Assembly: GCA_977020255.1 (NCBI GenBank)
Contig: CDROCS010004085.1
Coordinates: 434,001 to 498,000 of the forward strand
Length of the DNA stretch: 64,000 bases
Direction: 5' to 3'
DNA from: Obrimoposthia wandeli
Taxonomy: Eukaryota
Under the pieces are notes generated by a model, which saw only the letters and a list, made by a program, of their open reading frames with translations, made no database searches and was not told where the DNA came from. Below are positions 10,167-19,258 of the stretch, piece by piece; position 1 is the stretch's first letter, and the number at the start of each line of letters is the position of its first letter. Position numbers and translations under genes: made by a program.

Positions 10167-12002
10167 GTGAGTAAGCCAACATTGTTAACGTCTCCAACCC
10201 TTTCGCAAATTAATGTCTTTCCTGTTAAATCTATTGCGGGTCTTAGCCAGTCGCAAGTATGGGTTGAGAAACAAGGGATCAGTTTTGATCGTCGCTTCAT
10301 GGTGGCGAAAAAAGACGGCAGTATGATCACGGCCAGAAAACACCCTGACATGGTAAAAGTGACGGCGACAATACAATCTCACGGTATAACACTGAGCTAT
10401 CCGGGTCGTACGCCGTTGGTATTGAAATATGCTGATTTCTTAATGGAAGACACCAATGCTGAAGTGTGGGGCGACGAATTTAGTGCGTATACCACCACAC
10501 TTAAAGCCGATACTTGGTTTTCTTTACTGTTAGGTCAAGAAGTGCAGTTATTGTATACGGGCGAGCAATCAAATCGTCTTCGCCCGAAGATTAATCAGAA
10601 TGTTAGCTTTGCCGATGGTTTCCCTTTACTGGTAATTAGTGAAGCGTCATTGGAGGCGTTGAATGCTCGCAGTAGTCAGCGAAGCACAATGGATCAGTTC
10701 CGAACCAATCTTGTTGTTTCAGGCACAGAAGCATTTGCAGAAGATAGCTGGAAACGCATTCGTATTGGCGAGGTTGAGTTCTTATCCGTTAAGCCATGTT
10801 CACGTTGTATTTTAACCACAGTGAACCCTAAAACGGCTGAATTTAATGCATTGAAAGAACCGCTAGCCACTATGTCTAAGTTTCGTGCTGATGCATCGGG
10901 TGATGTGTATTTCGGTCAGAATCTGGTTGCATTAAATGAAGGTGAGATTAAAGCGGGTGACATTATTGAAGTGCTAGAAACGAAGCCGAAAGAAGTGTAT
11001 GCCGATAACAGTGAATTGAACTTAACGTTAACCTGCGTTGAACGTGAAGACATTGCACAAGATTTTTGCACATTTTGGTTAGAACCAACAAAAGAACAAA
11101 TATTGCCGACTTATCAACCGGGTCAGCATTTACCGTTGCAACTAGAGATCAATGGTGAGTATATTTCACGCCGCTATACATTGTCATCTAGCCCTTCACG
11201 TCCTGGCCGTTATGCTATTTCAGTGAAACGTGTGAATGATGGACGCGTATCGAACTGGCTGCATGATCATTTAGCCGTGGGCGATACGCTGGTGGCAGAA
11301 AAACCAAATGGCACATTCCATCTCGGTGCGCATACCGACAAATTACTTTTACTTTCAGCGGGCAGCGGCATTACGCCAATGTTATCGATGCTGCGTTATT
11401 TAGCTGATCATAATCAAGTGCATGATGTCGTGTTCTACCATCAGTGCAGTACTCAAAACGATATTCCATGTTTAGATGAGCTTGAATTACTTCAAGAAGC
11501 ACATCCTCATTTAACCGTTCATGTTGTATTAAGTCGTAAAGATAAAGCTTGGAAAGGGTTATCGGGGCGTTTATCTGCTGAGTTATTAAGTCATATTCCT
11601 ACACTCGCTGAACGACAAGTGTTCGTGTGTGGTCCTGATGCGTTTATGAAAGAAGCTAAATCATTACTTCTTGCAAAAGAACTGCCTGAGTCACAGTATC
11701 ACCAAGAAGCATTTGGACCTATTCAGGTAGAAACGGGCGAAGAGAAAAGTGTCACAATCAGTATTGATGGCAATATATTTGAAGGCAACAACCAGCAAAC
11801 AGTACTCGAACAAGCAGAAAATGCAGGCTTGAAGATGGCGAACAGTTGTCGTGCGGGATTATGCGGCGCTTGTAAAGTAACATTAGCAAGCGGTGAGGTT
11901 GAACAACCGGATGTACCTGCATTGTTTTCTGGCGACAAGGTAGAGGGTAAAGTGCTTGCTTGTTGTTGTATTCCCAAAACGGATATTGAACTAATCAGTT
12001 AA
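10167..12002 (+). CDS. ycbX: MOSC-domain molybdoenzyme YcbX fused to a ferredoxin-NADP reductase-like domain and a C-terminal 2Fe-2S ferredoxin (N-hydroxylated base detoxification)
   Basis: FPVKS, DRRFM, FADGFP, FRTNLVV and PCSRC MOSC motifs; RRYTLSS and AGSGITP FNR motifs; CRAGLCGAC...C 2Fe-2S. Start refined to GTG 10167 after AAGGA (ORF track 10104). Confidence 0.88.
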   Translation: MSKPTLLTSPTLSQINVFPVKSIAGLSQSQVWVEKQGISFDRRFMVAKKDGSMITARKHPDMVKVTATIQSHGITLSYPGRTPLVLKYADFLMEDTNAEVWGDEFSAYTTTLKADTWFSLLLGQEVQLLYTGEQSNRLRPKINQNVSFADGFPLLVISEASLEALNARSSQRSTMDQFRTNLVVSGTEAFAEDSWKRIRIGEVEFLSVKPCSRCILTTVNPKTAEFNALKEPLATMSKFRADASGDVYFGQNLVALNEGEIKAGDIIEVLETKPKEVYADNSELNLTLTCVEREDIAQDFCTFWLEPTKEQILPTYQPGQHLPLQLEINGEYISRRYTLSSSPSRPGRYAISVKRVNDGRVSNWLHDHLAVGDTLVAEKPNGTFHLGAHTDKLLLLSAGSGITPMLSMLRYLADHNQVHDVVFYHQCSTQNDIPCLDELELLQEAHPHLTVHVVLSRKDKAWKGLSGRLSAELLSHIPTLAERQVFVCGPDAFMKEAKSLLLAKELPESQYHQEAFGPIQVETGEEKSVTISIDGNIFEGNNQQTVLEQAENAGLKMANSCRAGLCGACKVTLASGEVEQPDVPALFSGDKVEGKVLACCCIPKTDIELIS

Positions 12003-12031
12003 TCCTGTTTACTGTGTAAAACATAAATAAG

Positions 12032-12065
12032 AAAGGCCGATGTTACTTCAGATATCGGTCTTTTT
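12032..12065. terminator. Terminator between convergent genes
   Basis: AAAGGCCGAT...ATCGGTCTTTTT hairpin. Confidence 0.7.
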
Positions 12066-12124
12066 AATTGTATGCTGCTTATTTCCGAGTTAATTATTCT
12101 GCATTAGCATATTGAATTGATGCG

Positions 12125-13084
12125 TTATTTAGACTGTTCACTTCGATGCATCGTTAGATACGTTACGATGGGGCGGTGATCAGACCCCGCTATATTAATG
12201 AGTGCTTCTCGCTCACATATTTCTAATGGGTAATGTGCCCAAAGATGATCAATCGCGATTGTTAAATACTGCCGTACACCCGACCAATTTGGCCAGCTTG
12301 AGACAGGGCTACTTTTAAAGCCACCAAATAGGGTTTGATAGCGCTCGCTAGTCGAAGATAAATTAAAATCTCCAACAATAAGCTGAGCAGGAGAGGCATT
12401 ATCGGTATCAATATAATCTTCAACTAAATGGTTCAATGTCTTCAGTAACACGTTACGTTCTGCCCATAATTGTTCACTACGTGGCGAAGGCGGGTGCGCG
12501 GTATACAGTTCAATCGGATCGTGTGTTGGAGGGTGCCAAATACCATGAATAATTTGGTGACCGGCTTGAGTAGCGATTGTTTTCATATTAAACAGAGGAT
12601 ATTGGCTCAGTACAAGTTGCCCGCTTGGGTAGCCAACTCTTGGTTGTCCGCCAAATTGATATGGATATTGGGTTCTTAGTTTTTCTTTTAGTAGGCTGCC
12701 ATGTTTAGGCGTCGTTTCTTGGAAAACTAATAAGTGCTGAGGGTATTGTTGTAAGTAATAAAAAAGAGGATCAAGGCTTGGATTTTCATAACGCAAATTG
12801 TACTGAAAGACTTTTAATGTCTGAGGGCACTGACTAAGGGATTTCGCATTATCTAACGGGTGTATGTAACCCCAAAGAAATATAAAAGGTAGGCAGAAGG
12901 TAAATTGCAAAGTATTACGCAAAAAGAGCGTGAAAATAAGTGCCAGACAATAAAACAAAAACGGTATTGCAGTAACGGATAATATATTTTCCTGCCACCA
13001 GATATTCGAAAACAGTAACCCGACAACCCAGACCAGCGTTGGTATGGTCAATATAAATATCGATCGTAATGACAGTTTTTGCAT
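12125..13084 (-). CDS. Membrane-anchored endonuclease/exonuclease/phosphatase (EEP) family protein
   Basis: N-terminal TM helices; YNL, FQE, GDFN, IDH and GSDH EEP motifs; start refined to ATG 13084. Confidence 0.85.
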   Translation of the reverse strand: MQKLSLRSIFILTIPTLVWVVGLLFSNIWWQENILSVTAIPFLFYCLALIFTLFLRNTLQFTFCLPFIFLWGYIHPLDNAKSLSQCPQTLKVFQYNLRYENPSLDPLFYYLQQYPQHLLVFQETTPKHGSLLKEKLRTQYPYQFGGQPRVGYPSGQLVLSQYPLFNMKTIATQAGHQIIHGIWHPPTHDPIELYTAHPPSPRSEQLWAERNVLLKTLNHLVEDYIDTDNASPAQLIVGDFNLSSTSERYQTLFGGFKSSPVSSWPNWSGVRQYLTIAIDHLWAHYPLEICEREALINIAGSDHRPIVTYLTMHRSEQSK

Positions 13085-13225
13085 CCAAAAATAACCTAAA
13101 TCTCCATGAGTTGTCAAAAAGTAAAGCAGGAATCACACCACTTTGCATAATGAATAATGGGATTTTCTGAATGAAAAAGGGATTGCCTACATTAATGATC
13201 ACTTACAACGCCATCCCTTTATCAC

Positions 13226-14110
13226 ATTATGACCTTTTAGCATCGTTGGTTGAATGTAGAAAACATTATTCAGCTCGTCGTTTAATGTTGCCGCTTGCCC
13301 ACCGATAAGTACTTGTGCGCCTTCAGCACGGCCAATGTCTAAGTAGCTAAGAATCTTATCGAATTGCTCTTGCGAGGCTTGTTCACCAACTTGTGTGTCG
13401 GTATCTAATGGATTGCCTTGTTGGATAACTGCCGCATGTTCTATCACTTTAGCAATGAATTTGTCATAAACAGATTCATGGATTAACACTCGCGATGGGT
13501 AAGTACAAACTTCACCTTGATTGAAGAAGGCTAACAATATCCCCTCGATACATTTATCAAGGTAGGCATCTTCATGATCAAAGATATCTGCAAAAAAGAT
13601 ATTGGGTGACTTACCCCCTAGTTCGACGGTTGAAGGAATTAAACTTTTGGCGGCACATTTAAGAATATGATGGCCCACATCCGTTGATCCCGTGAAAGTT
13701 AGTTTGGCAACTTTGTTGCTGGTGGCTAACGCTTGGCCTGCTTCGCTGCCGTAGCCATTAACAACGTTAAGTACGCCAGGTGGAAGAAGTTTACCCACTA
13801 TTCCATTAATACTAGAATTGAGGTTGGTGTTTGTTCTGCTGGCTTTAACACAACACAACAGCCTGCTGCCAATTTCCATGCTGCCATTAGCATTGGATAA
13901 TTCCAAGGAATGATCTGACCAACAACGCCGATAGGTTCTGGGAAGTGTTCAGCAATTAAAGGTAGATCAGCTGCCAATGTTTCACGTACGGGCTTGCCGT
14001 TTTCCCATGTTTCAGTAACGGCTAAGTATTCGAGGTTTTATTCAATACGATCGGCAATCTTTAATAATATATTTGATCGTTTTGTGACACTTGTTGCGCG
14101 AATATTATGC
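13226..14110 (-). pseudogene. aldB: Degraded aldehyde dehydrogenase (AldB/ExaC type)
   Basis: Minus strand reads [89 protein letters not shown], then frameshifts near 13801 into LPPGVLNVVNGYG...FTGST...ELGGKSP...NQGEVC, ending at PTMLKGHN. Internal TAA at 14038-14040; both termini missing. Confidence 0.9.
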
Positions 14111-14300
14111 GCAGCTAGTATCAAAAACGCATCAAAGTTTATCGAAAACGGCTGTAACGAAAGATTTTAAAAACACCGTCGATGATGTGCTGCTTGAAAC
14201 CTACCATGCTAACCAAGGTAATATCAGCAAGACATCACGAATGCTCAGTATTAGCCGTAATACCTTGTATCGAAAATTAAAAAAGCTGGGAATAATGTGA
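14091..14300 (+). pseudogene. C-terminal Fis-type HTH remnant of a sigma54-dependent activator (AcoR-like)
   Basis: GNISKTSRMLSISRNTLYRKLKKLG is a Fis-type HTH typical of NtrC-family C-termini; no AAA+ domain upstream; abuts the truncated aldB 5' end. Confidence 0.75.
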
Positions 14301-14307
14301 TTATCTA

Positions 14308-14341
14308 TCGTTAATGAACAGCACCTGCTGTTCATTAACGA
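14308..14341. repeat. Perfect 16-bp inverted repeat (probable terminator of the former activator gene)
   Basis: TCGTTAATGAACAGCA-cc-TGCTGTTCATTAACGA. Confidence 0.85.
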
Positions 14342-14377
14342 AGAAATATTGATAGACCGTCGCAAAGTTGCTGCTTT

Positions 14378-14395
14378 CTTTCATGAACCTTTCAT
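14378..14395 (+). promoter_or_regulatory. Pho box (PhoB site) of the phn operon
   Basis: CTTTCAT-gaac-CTTTCAT, 11-bp periodicity, 6/7 match of each half to CTGTCAT, upstream of phnC. Confidence 0.75.
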
Positions 14396-14401
14396 TACCG
14401 T

Positions 14402-14415
14402 CTTATCTAGACAAG
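14402..14415. promoter_or_regulatory. Candidate PhnF (HutC-subfamily GntR) operator 1
   Basis: CTTATCTAGACAAG near-palindrome just downstream of the Pho box; its reverse complement matches 17395-17408 at 13/14. Confidence 0.7.
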
Positions 14416-14587
14416 TGAACATTAACTCTGACTATTACTCTTGTTTATTTTTTTATATCAACAGTTTGATCAGTATCAACAACCGCCCCCAACGAATATC
14501 TTCGTCACCTGCCTGACATATTTCATCAATAAAACATTCATCTTTGCCCTGCACTGTAGGTCTCGAATCAGACTTGAGGTCAGGGAC

Positions 14588-15400
14588 ATGGACAACATCA
14601 TTGCAATTCGACATGTAAATAAAACGTTCGGTGGAAAGAAAGCGTTAGACGGGATCAATCTGGATATTAATAACCGCGAGATGACTGCGTTATTAGGGCC
14701 ATCAGGTTCGGGGAAATCAACGTTATTGCGTCATCTCAGTGGATTAGTCGTGAGTGATAACAACGCTCAATCCAGTATCAGTGTATTGGGTAAGGTTGTG
14801 CAGGAAAAAGGCAAGCCAAGTAAAGGTGTACGTACTTGTCGGGCTCAGGCTGGTTATATCTTTCAACAATTTAACTTAGTGAATCGTTTAAGTGTGCTGA
14901 CTAATGTGCTGGTTGGTGCGCTGAGCTCTACTGCTAAATGGCGCACATTAACCGGTACGTTTACTTCGGAACAGCGTTTACGAGCACTGAAAGCGCTAGA
15001 GCGTGTAGGTATGGAAGAGTATGCAAAACAGCGTGTATCTACTTTATCTGGCGGTCAGCAGCAACGCGTGGCTATTGCTCGTGCATTAATGCAAGAAGCC
15101 CAAATCATATTTGCAGATGAACCGATTGCATCATTGGATCCGGAGTCGTCTCGTATTGTCATGGAACTGCTTGCCGATATAAATAAGCAAGAAGGTATTC
15201 CCGTGATTGTCACATTACATCAGGTTGATCATGCCTTGAAATACTGTAGTCAAATCGTGGCACTCCGTGATGGCAAGGTATTTTATCAAGGTGCGAGTGA
15301 AGACCTGTCTGAACAAAAGTTGGCAGAGTTGTACGGTGTGAAACCACCACCTGCGCCAACCGTAACACTTCAACCTGAGCTATCTCCGTCTTTTAGTTAA
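14588..15400 (+). CDS. phnC: Phosphonate ABC transporter ATP-binding protein
   Basis: GPSGSGKS, IFQQFNLVNRLSVLTNVL, LSGGQQQRV, ADEPIASLDP; start refined to ATG 14588 (ORF track 14441). Confidence 0.95.
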   Translation: MDNIIAIRHVNKTFGGKKALDGINLDINNREMTALLGPSGSGKSTLLRHLSGLVVSDNNAQSSISVLGKVVQEKGKPSKGVRTCRAQAGYIFQQFNLVNRLSVLTNVLVGALSSTAKWRTLTGTFTSEQRLRALKALERVGMEEYAKQRVSTLSGGQQQRVAIARALMQEAQIIFADEPIASLDPESSRIVMELLADINKQEGIPVIVTLHQVDHALKYCSQIVALRDGKVFYQGASEDLSEQKLAELYGVKPPPAPTVTLQPELSPSFS

Positions 15401-15484
15401 AGTCCTTAGAAGATGATTAGGCATTATTTAATGCGATTTCATACCAATTTAGATTGGTGTAAACACCATGCAGGGAAGGGAAAA

Positions 15485-16495
15485 ATGCTTAGTTCAATCA
15501 AGAAAGCGTTAGCCATACTGGCTGTTTGCTCTACGGCAATGACCACGTCGGCATTGCTCAGCCAGCAAGCCGTCGCGAGTGAGATGAAAACCATTAATTT
15601 CGGCATTATTACTACGGATGCGCAGCAAAATTTACGACAGCGTTGGCAACCAATGTTGGATGATTTAAGTGAGGCTTTGGGCGTACCGGTGAAAGCGTAT
15701 TTTGCCCCTGATTATGCTGGCATTATTCAAGCGATGCGGTTCAAAAAAGTAGATATGGCGTATTACGGTAACAAGTCAGCAATAGAAGCGGTTGATCGTG
15801 CCAATGCCGAAGTGTTTGCACGTTATGTCGGCGATGATGGGCTGGAAGGGTACTACAGCGTATTACTGGCTAACAGCGCGAATGACAAAATCAATAATTT
15901 GCAAGATGTGATCGATCAACGAGCATCACTGAATTTTGGCAATGGTGAACCCAATTCTACGTCGGGTTTTCTAGTACCAAATTATTACGCTTTGGCACAA
16001 AACCACATTTCAGCCCACGACTTTAAACGCACGGTTGTTGCTGGTCATGCTGCAAACGTAATGGCTGTGGCGAATAATCAAGTGGACGTGGCAACCAACC
16101 ATACAATGAACCTAATTCGTATCGAAAAGAGTAACCCTGAACTGTACAAAAAATTGAAAGTGATTTGGCAGTCACAACTGATCCCTTCCGATGTAATGAC
16201 ATGGCGTAAAGATATTTCTGAAGAAACTAAAACGAAAACGCGCGAATTCTTCCTGAGTTATGGCAAAGATGGCAACCCACAAGCGTTGAAGAATCTTAAG
16301 GGACTGTCGTGGTCGGGTTTTGCTGCAACAGATAACAATCAACTGTTACCTATTCGCCAAATGGAAGCATATAAAAACTTGATTGAAACACAAGATAACC
16401 CGCGCTTGGATGAAGAAGAGAAGCAGAAGCGTATCACTAAAATCCAACAGGAATTAAATACCTTGTCTCGTCAGATTGATGCTGCGAAAGGGTAA
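15485..16495 (+). CDS. phnD: Phosphonate ABC transporter substrate-binding protein
   Basis: APDYAGIIQAMRF, YYGNKSA, STSGFLVP, GHAAN; signal peptide from ATG 15485. Confidence 0.93.
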   Translation: MLSSIKKALAILAVCSTAMTTSALLSQQAVASEMKTINFGIITTDAQQNLRQRWQPMLDDLSEALGVPVKAYFAPDYAGIIQAMRFKKVDMAYYGNKSAIEAVDRANAEVFARYVGDDGLEGYYSVLLANSANDKINNLQDVIDQRASLNFGNGEPNSTSGFLVPNYYALAQNHISAHDFKRTVVAGHAANVMAVANNQVDVATNHTMNLIRIEKSNPELYKKLKVIWQSQLIPSDVMTWRKDISEETKTKTREFFLSYGKDGNPQALKNLKGLSWSGFAATDNNQLLPIRQMEAYKNLIETQDNPRLDEEEKQKRITKIQQELNTLSRQIDAAKG

Positions 16496-16557
16496 TTATC
16501 ATTGTTCGGGTTATTCGTCGATTAACCCGTTTGTTTGCCCGTAAATAGGATTTAACC

Positions 16558-17352
16558 ATGTATACGGAAACGCAAAAGCAAAAATTCGTACCAGAATCTA
16601 AATTATCGCTTAAAAAAGCCGTTTTGGCGGTGGTGGTTTTGTCAGTATTGATGTGGTCATGGCGTGGCGCAGAAATGGCACCAATGCTATTTCTTGAACA
16701 CCCTGAAAATATGGTGCAATTACTGAATGATTTCTTTCCACCAGATTTCATTGATTTAGAACTGTATATCAGTGAAATGATCGTCACGATTCAAGTCGGA
16801 ATTTGGGGCACGGTGTTAGCGATTATTCTAGCAGTACCATTCGGTATTTTGAGTGCAGAAAATCTGATGCCGATGTGGGTAACATTTCCAATGCGTCGTT
16901 TAATGGATGGGCTTCGTGCTATTAACGAAATGGTATTTGCGATGCTCTTTGTCGTCGTGGTTGGATTAGGTCCTTTTGCTGGAGTAATGGCGTTGTTTAT
17001 CCATACCACTGGTGTGTTGGCAAAGCTATTTGCAGAAGCGATAGAAGCCATTGAACCGGGTCCGATTGAAGGCATTAAAGCCACAGGGGCAAACCCGCTA
17101 GAAGTGATTTTATATGGGGTAATTCCACAGGTAATGCCGTTGTGGATTTCTTATGCACTATACCGTTTGGAATCCAATATTCGCTCAGCCACAGTGGTAG
17201 GCATGGTTGGGGCTGGTGGTATCGGGGTACTACTTTGGCAGTCTATTTCAGGTTTTCAAATGCAGCAAACCGCCGCCATTATGTGCATTGTGATTTTGAC
17301 GGTCAGTATTATTGATTTTATATCGCAAATCATTCGAAAAAAATTCATTTAA
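16558..17352 (+). CDS. phnE: Phosphonate ABC transporter permease (intact)
   Basis: [45 protein letters not shown]. Confidence 0.95.
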   Translation: MYTETQKQKFVPESKLSLKKAVLAVVVLSVLMWSWRGAEMAPMLFLEHPENMVQLLNDFFPPDFIDLELYISEMIVTIQVGIWGTVLAIILAVPFGILSAENLMPMWVTFPMRRLMDGLRAINEMVFAMLFVVVVGLGPFAGVMALFIHTTGVLAKLFAEAIEAIEPGPIEGIKATGANPLEVILYGVIPQVMPLWISYALYRLESNIRSATVVGMVGAGGIGVLLWQSISGFQMQQTAAIMCIVILTVSIIDFISQIIRKKFI

Positions 17353-17394
17353 ATTTAATGTAACTGCACTACAGAAATAAAAAATTTACGGTTA

Positions 17395-17408
17395 CATGTC
17401 TAGATAAG
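17395..17408. promoter_or_regulatory. Candidate PhnF operator 2 upstream of phnF
   Basis: CATGTCTAGATAAG, 21 bp upstream of the phnF ATG. Confidence 0.7.
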
Positions 17409-17429
17409 TTAAATCGTTAAAGGAATAAC

Positions 17430-18125
17430 ATGCCCGTCTATTTAGATATTGCCACGCAATTAGATAATGACGTTCGTAATAAATACCAAGCTGGTGATTA
17501 TTTGCCGTCGGAATCACAACTGGCACAGCGTTTTAATGTAAATCGACATACGGTGCGACGCGCCATTGATGAATTAGTGACGACGGGCATGGTGCAGCGC
17601 CACCAAGGGAAAGGCAATATGGTGCTTTGCCAGCCCCATGATTACTACTTACATGCAGGGGCTCATTTCACGGGAAACCTATTAGAACAAGGTTCGCTGC
17701 CTAGATGCGAGGTATTACAGGCTCGTGTTATTGTCGCTAATAGCAAAATTGCTGAACGATTAAATAAGCCTGCAGAAAGTAAAGTTATTCATATTCGTAC
17801 GTTTAGAAAAATTGACGGTGTTCCTCGTACTGTTATTGATCATTATTTATCAGATACGGCGTGGTGGCCGGTGTTGAAGTATTTTAAAACTGGTTCATTA
17901 CATAAGTTTATTAATAAAGAATTGAATATTGAATTACAACGTAAAAATACACGGTTGCGTGCACAAATGCCGACTAATGAAGATTGTCGGTTATTACAGA
18001 TGAATTCCAATATTCCTATTTTAAAAATTAAAACCACCAATGTCATTAAAGGAACAAATATTGTGGCGGAATATTCCAGCTCGAATACACGTTCCGATGT
18101 CATTGAATTAGTCATGGAGCATTAA
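17430..18125 (+). CDS. phnF: Phosphonate metabolism GntR/UTRA regulator
   Basis: LPSESQLAQRFNVNRHTVRRA HTH, UTRA-like C-terminus, position in the phn operon. Confidence 0.93.
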   Translation: MPVYLDIATQLDNDVRNKYQAGDYLPSESQLAQRFNVNRHTVRRAIDELVTTGMVQRHQGKGNMVLCQPHDYYLHAGAHFTGNLLEQGSLPRCEVLQARVIVANSKIAERLNKPAESKVIHIRTFRKIDGVPRTVIDHYLSDTAWWPVLKYFKTGSLHKFINKELNIELQRKNTRLRAQMPTNEDCRLLQMNSNIPILKIKTTNVIKGTNIVAEYSSSNTRSDVIELVMEH

Positions 18126-18575
18126 ATGGACGCTTCTCAGCAGAGAAAAGTATGGATGTCGGTATTAGCTCGAGCGGCTTTTTCTGATCTTCAAACACAG
18201 TGGATAACATTGGATTTACCGTTGCCAATATTTCAAGTAATTCGCCCCGCAGAAATTGGTTTAGCCCAAGTTAGAGCGCGTATGGGAGGGGGCGGGCGGC
18301 AGTTCAACATGGGGGATGTCACGTTAACGCGTGCTGTTGTGAAATTAGACAGTGGTGAGATGGGTTATAGCTACTTGCAAGGTCGTAATAAACAGCATGC
18401 TGAATTAGCCGCAATCATTGACGGTTTAATGCAAACCTCTGAATACCAAGAACGCTTAACACGTGAATTGATCACACCATTAGCGGCATTAAAAGCTGAG
18501 CAAGAGCAGTTACGCCAACAGCAAGTGGCGAGCAGCAAAGTTGATTTTTTTACACTGGTTCGTGGTGAAGATTAA
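18126..18575 (+). CDS. phnG: C-P lyase core subunit
   Basis: R..WMSVLA, E.GL..VRARMGG.G..FN.GDVTLTR, KVDFFTLVRGED. Confidence 0.95.
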   Translation: MDASQQRKVWMSVLARAAFSDLQTQWITLDLPLPIFQVIRPAEIGLAQVRARMGGGGRQFNMGDVTLTRAVVKLDSGEMGYSYLQGRNKQHAELAAIIDGLMQTSEYQERLTRELITPLAALKAEQEQLRQQQVASSKVDFFTLVRGED

Positions 18576-18613
18576 GCCTGAATTTCAATGTATTTAAGAA
18601 AGGGACAATATCC

Positions 18614-19258
18614 ATGAGTATGATTTCACCAGCATTTAGTGATGCGGTGCACGATAGCCAAATTTGTTTTCGTCGTTTATTGAAAGCCATGTCAGAGCCT
18701 GGCGAATGCGTTGAACTGGATCGCATCAATACTCGCAGCAATGACCATGAAAAGGGCAGTGGTTTTGGCATCATGATGAGTGCCTGCACCCAAACCTTGT
18801 TGACGCTGGCAGACAACAGCACACCATTGTGGTTATCACCGAGTTTCATTCTAGACAAAGCGGTAATGGAAAATATGACGTTTCATATTGGCGCTCAGAT
18901 TACGCAAACTGCAGGCAGTGCAGTGTTTGCTGCGGTGTCGCATCAAGATAGTGTAACAACACCGTGGCTAACCCTGCCGCTGTGTATCGGTAATGAAGAA
19001 TACCCTGATCGCAGCACGACCGTGATTGTCGAAACCGACAGTTTGTCTTGTGGGGCTGCGGTGACATTGACCGGCCCGGGTATTGAGCAAGCTCGAAATA
19101 TTCACTTAGGCCAGCTTTCTGATGACTTGTTGAACTTGTTATTACAGCGCCAACACTTGCCGAGTTTTCCTCTGGGATTAGATTTTATTTTTGTGAGTGG
19201 CCAACACGTCATTGCCATTCCTCGTTCAACGTTGTTGGAGATCAGCCCATGTATGTAG
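18614..19258 (+). CDS. phnH: C-P lyase core subunit
   Basis: SQICFRRLLKAMSEPG, TLADNSTPLW, G.EEYPDRSTT, LTGPGI, FPLGLD, IPRST. Confidence 0.95.
   Translation: MSMISPAFSDAVHDSQICFRRLLKAMSEPGECVELDRINTRSNDHEKGSGFGIMMSACTQTLLTLADNSTPLWLSPSFILDKAVMENMTFHIGAQITQTAGSAVFAAVSHQDSVTTPWLTLPLCIGNEEYPDRSTTVIVETDSLSCGAAVTLTGPGIEQARNIHLGQLSDDLLNLLLQRQHLPSFPLGLDFIFVSGQHVIAIPRSTLLEISPCM

Noticed and set aside
12915-13202. 95-aa plus-strand ORF
   Set aside because: Antisense to the EEP gene 5' end and promoter; no recognisable motif.
13199-13906. ORF-track 235-aa protein as a functional aldehyde dehydrogenase
   Set aside because: Its first 34 or so residues are an out-of-frame read, and it lacks the N-terminal cofactor region and the C-terminal EEIFGP segment; it is a pseudogene fragment.
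14441-14587. 49-aa N-terminal extension of PhnC
   Set aside because: No homology-like content; ATG 14588 has an SD and matches normal PhnC length.
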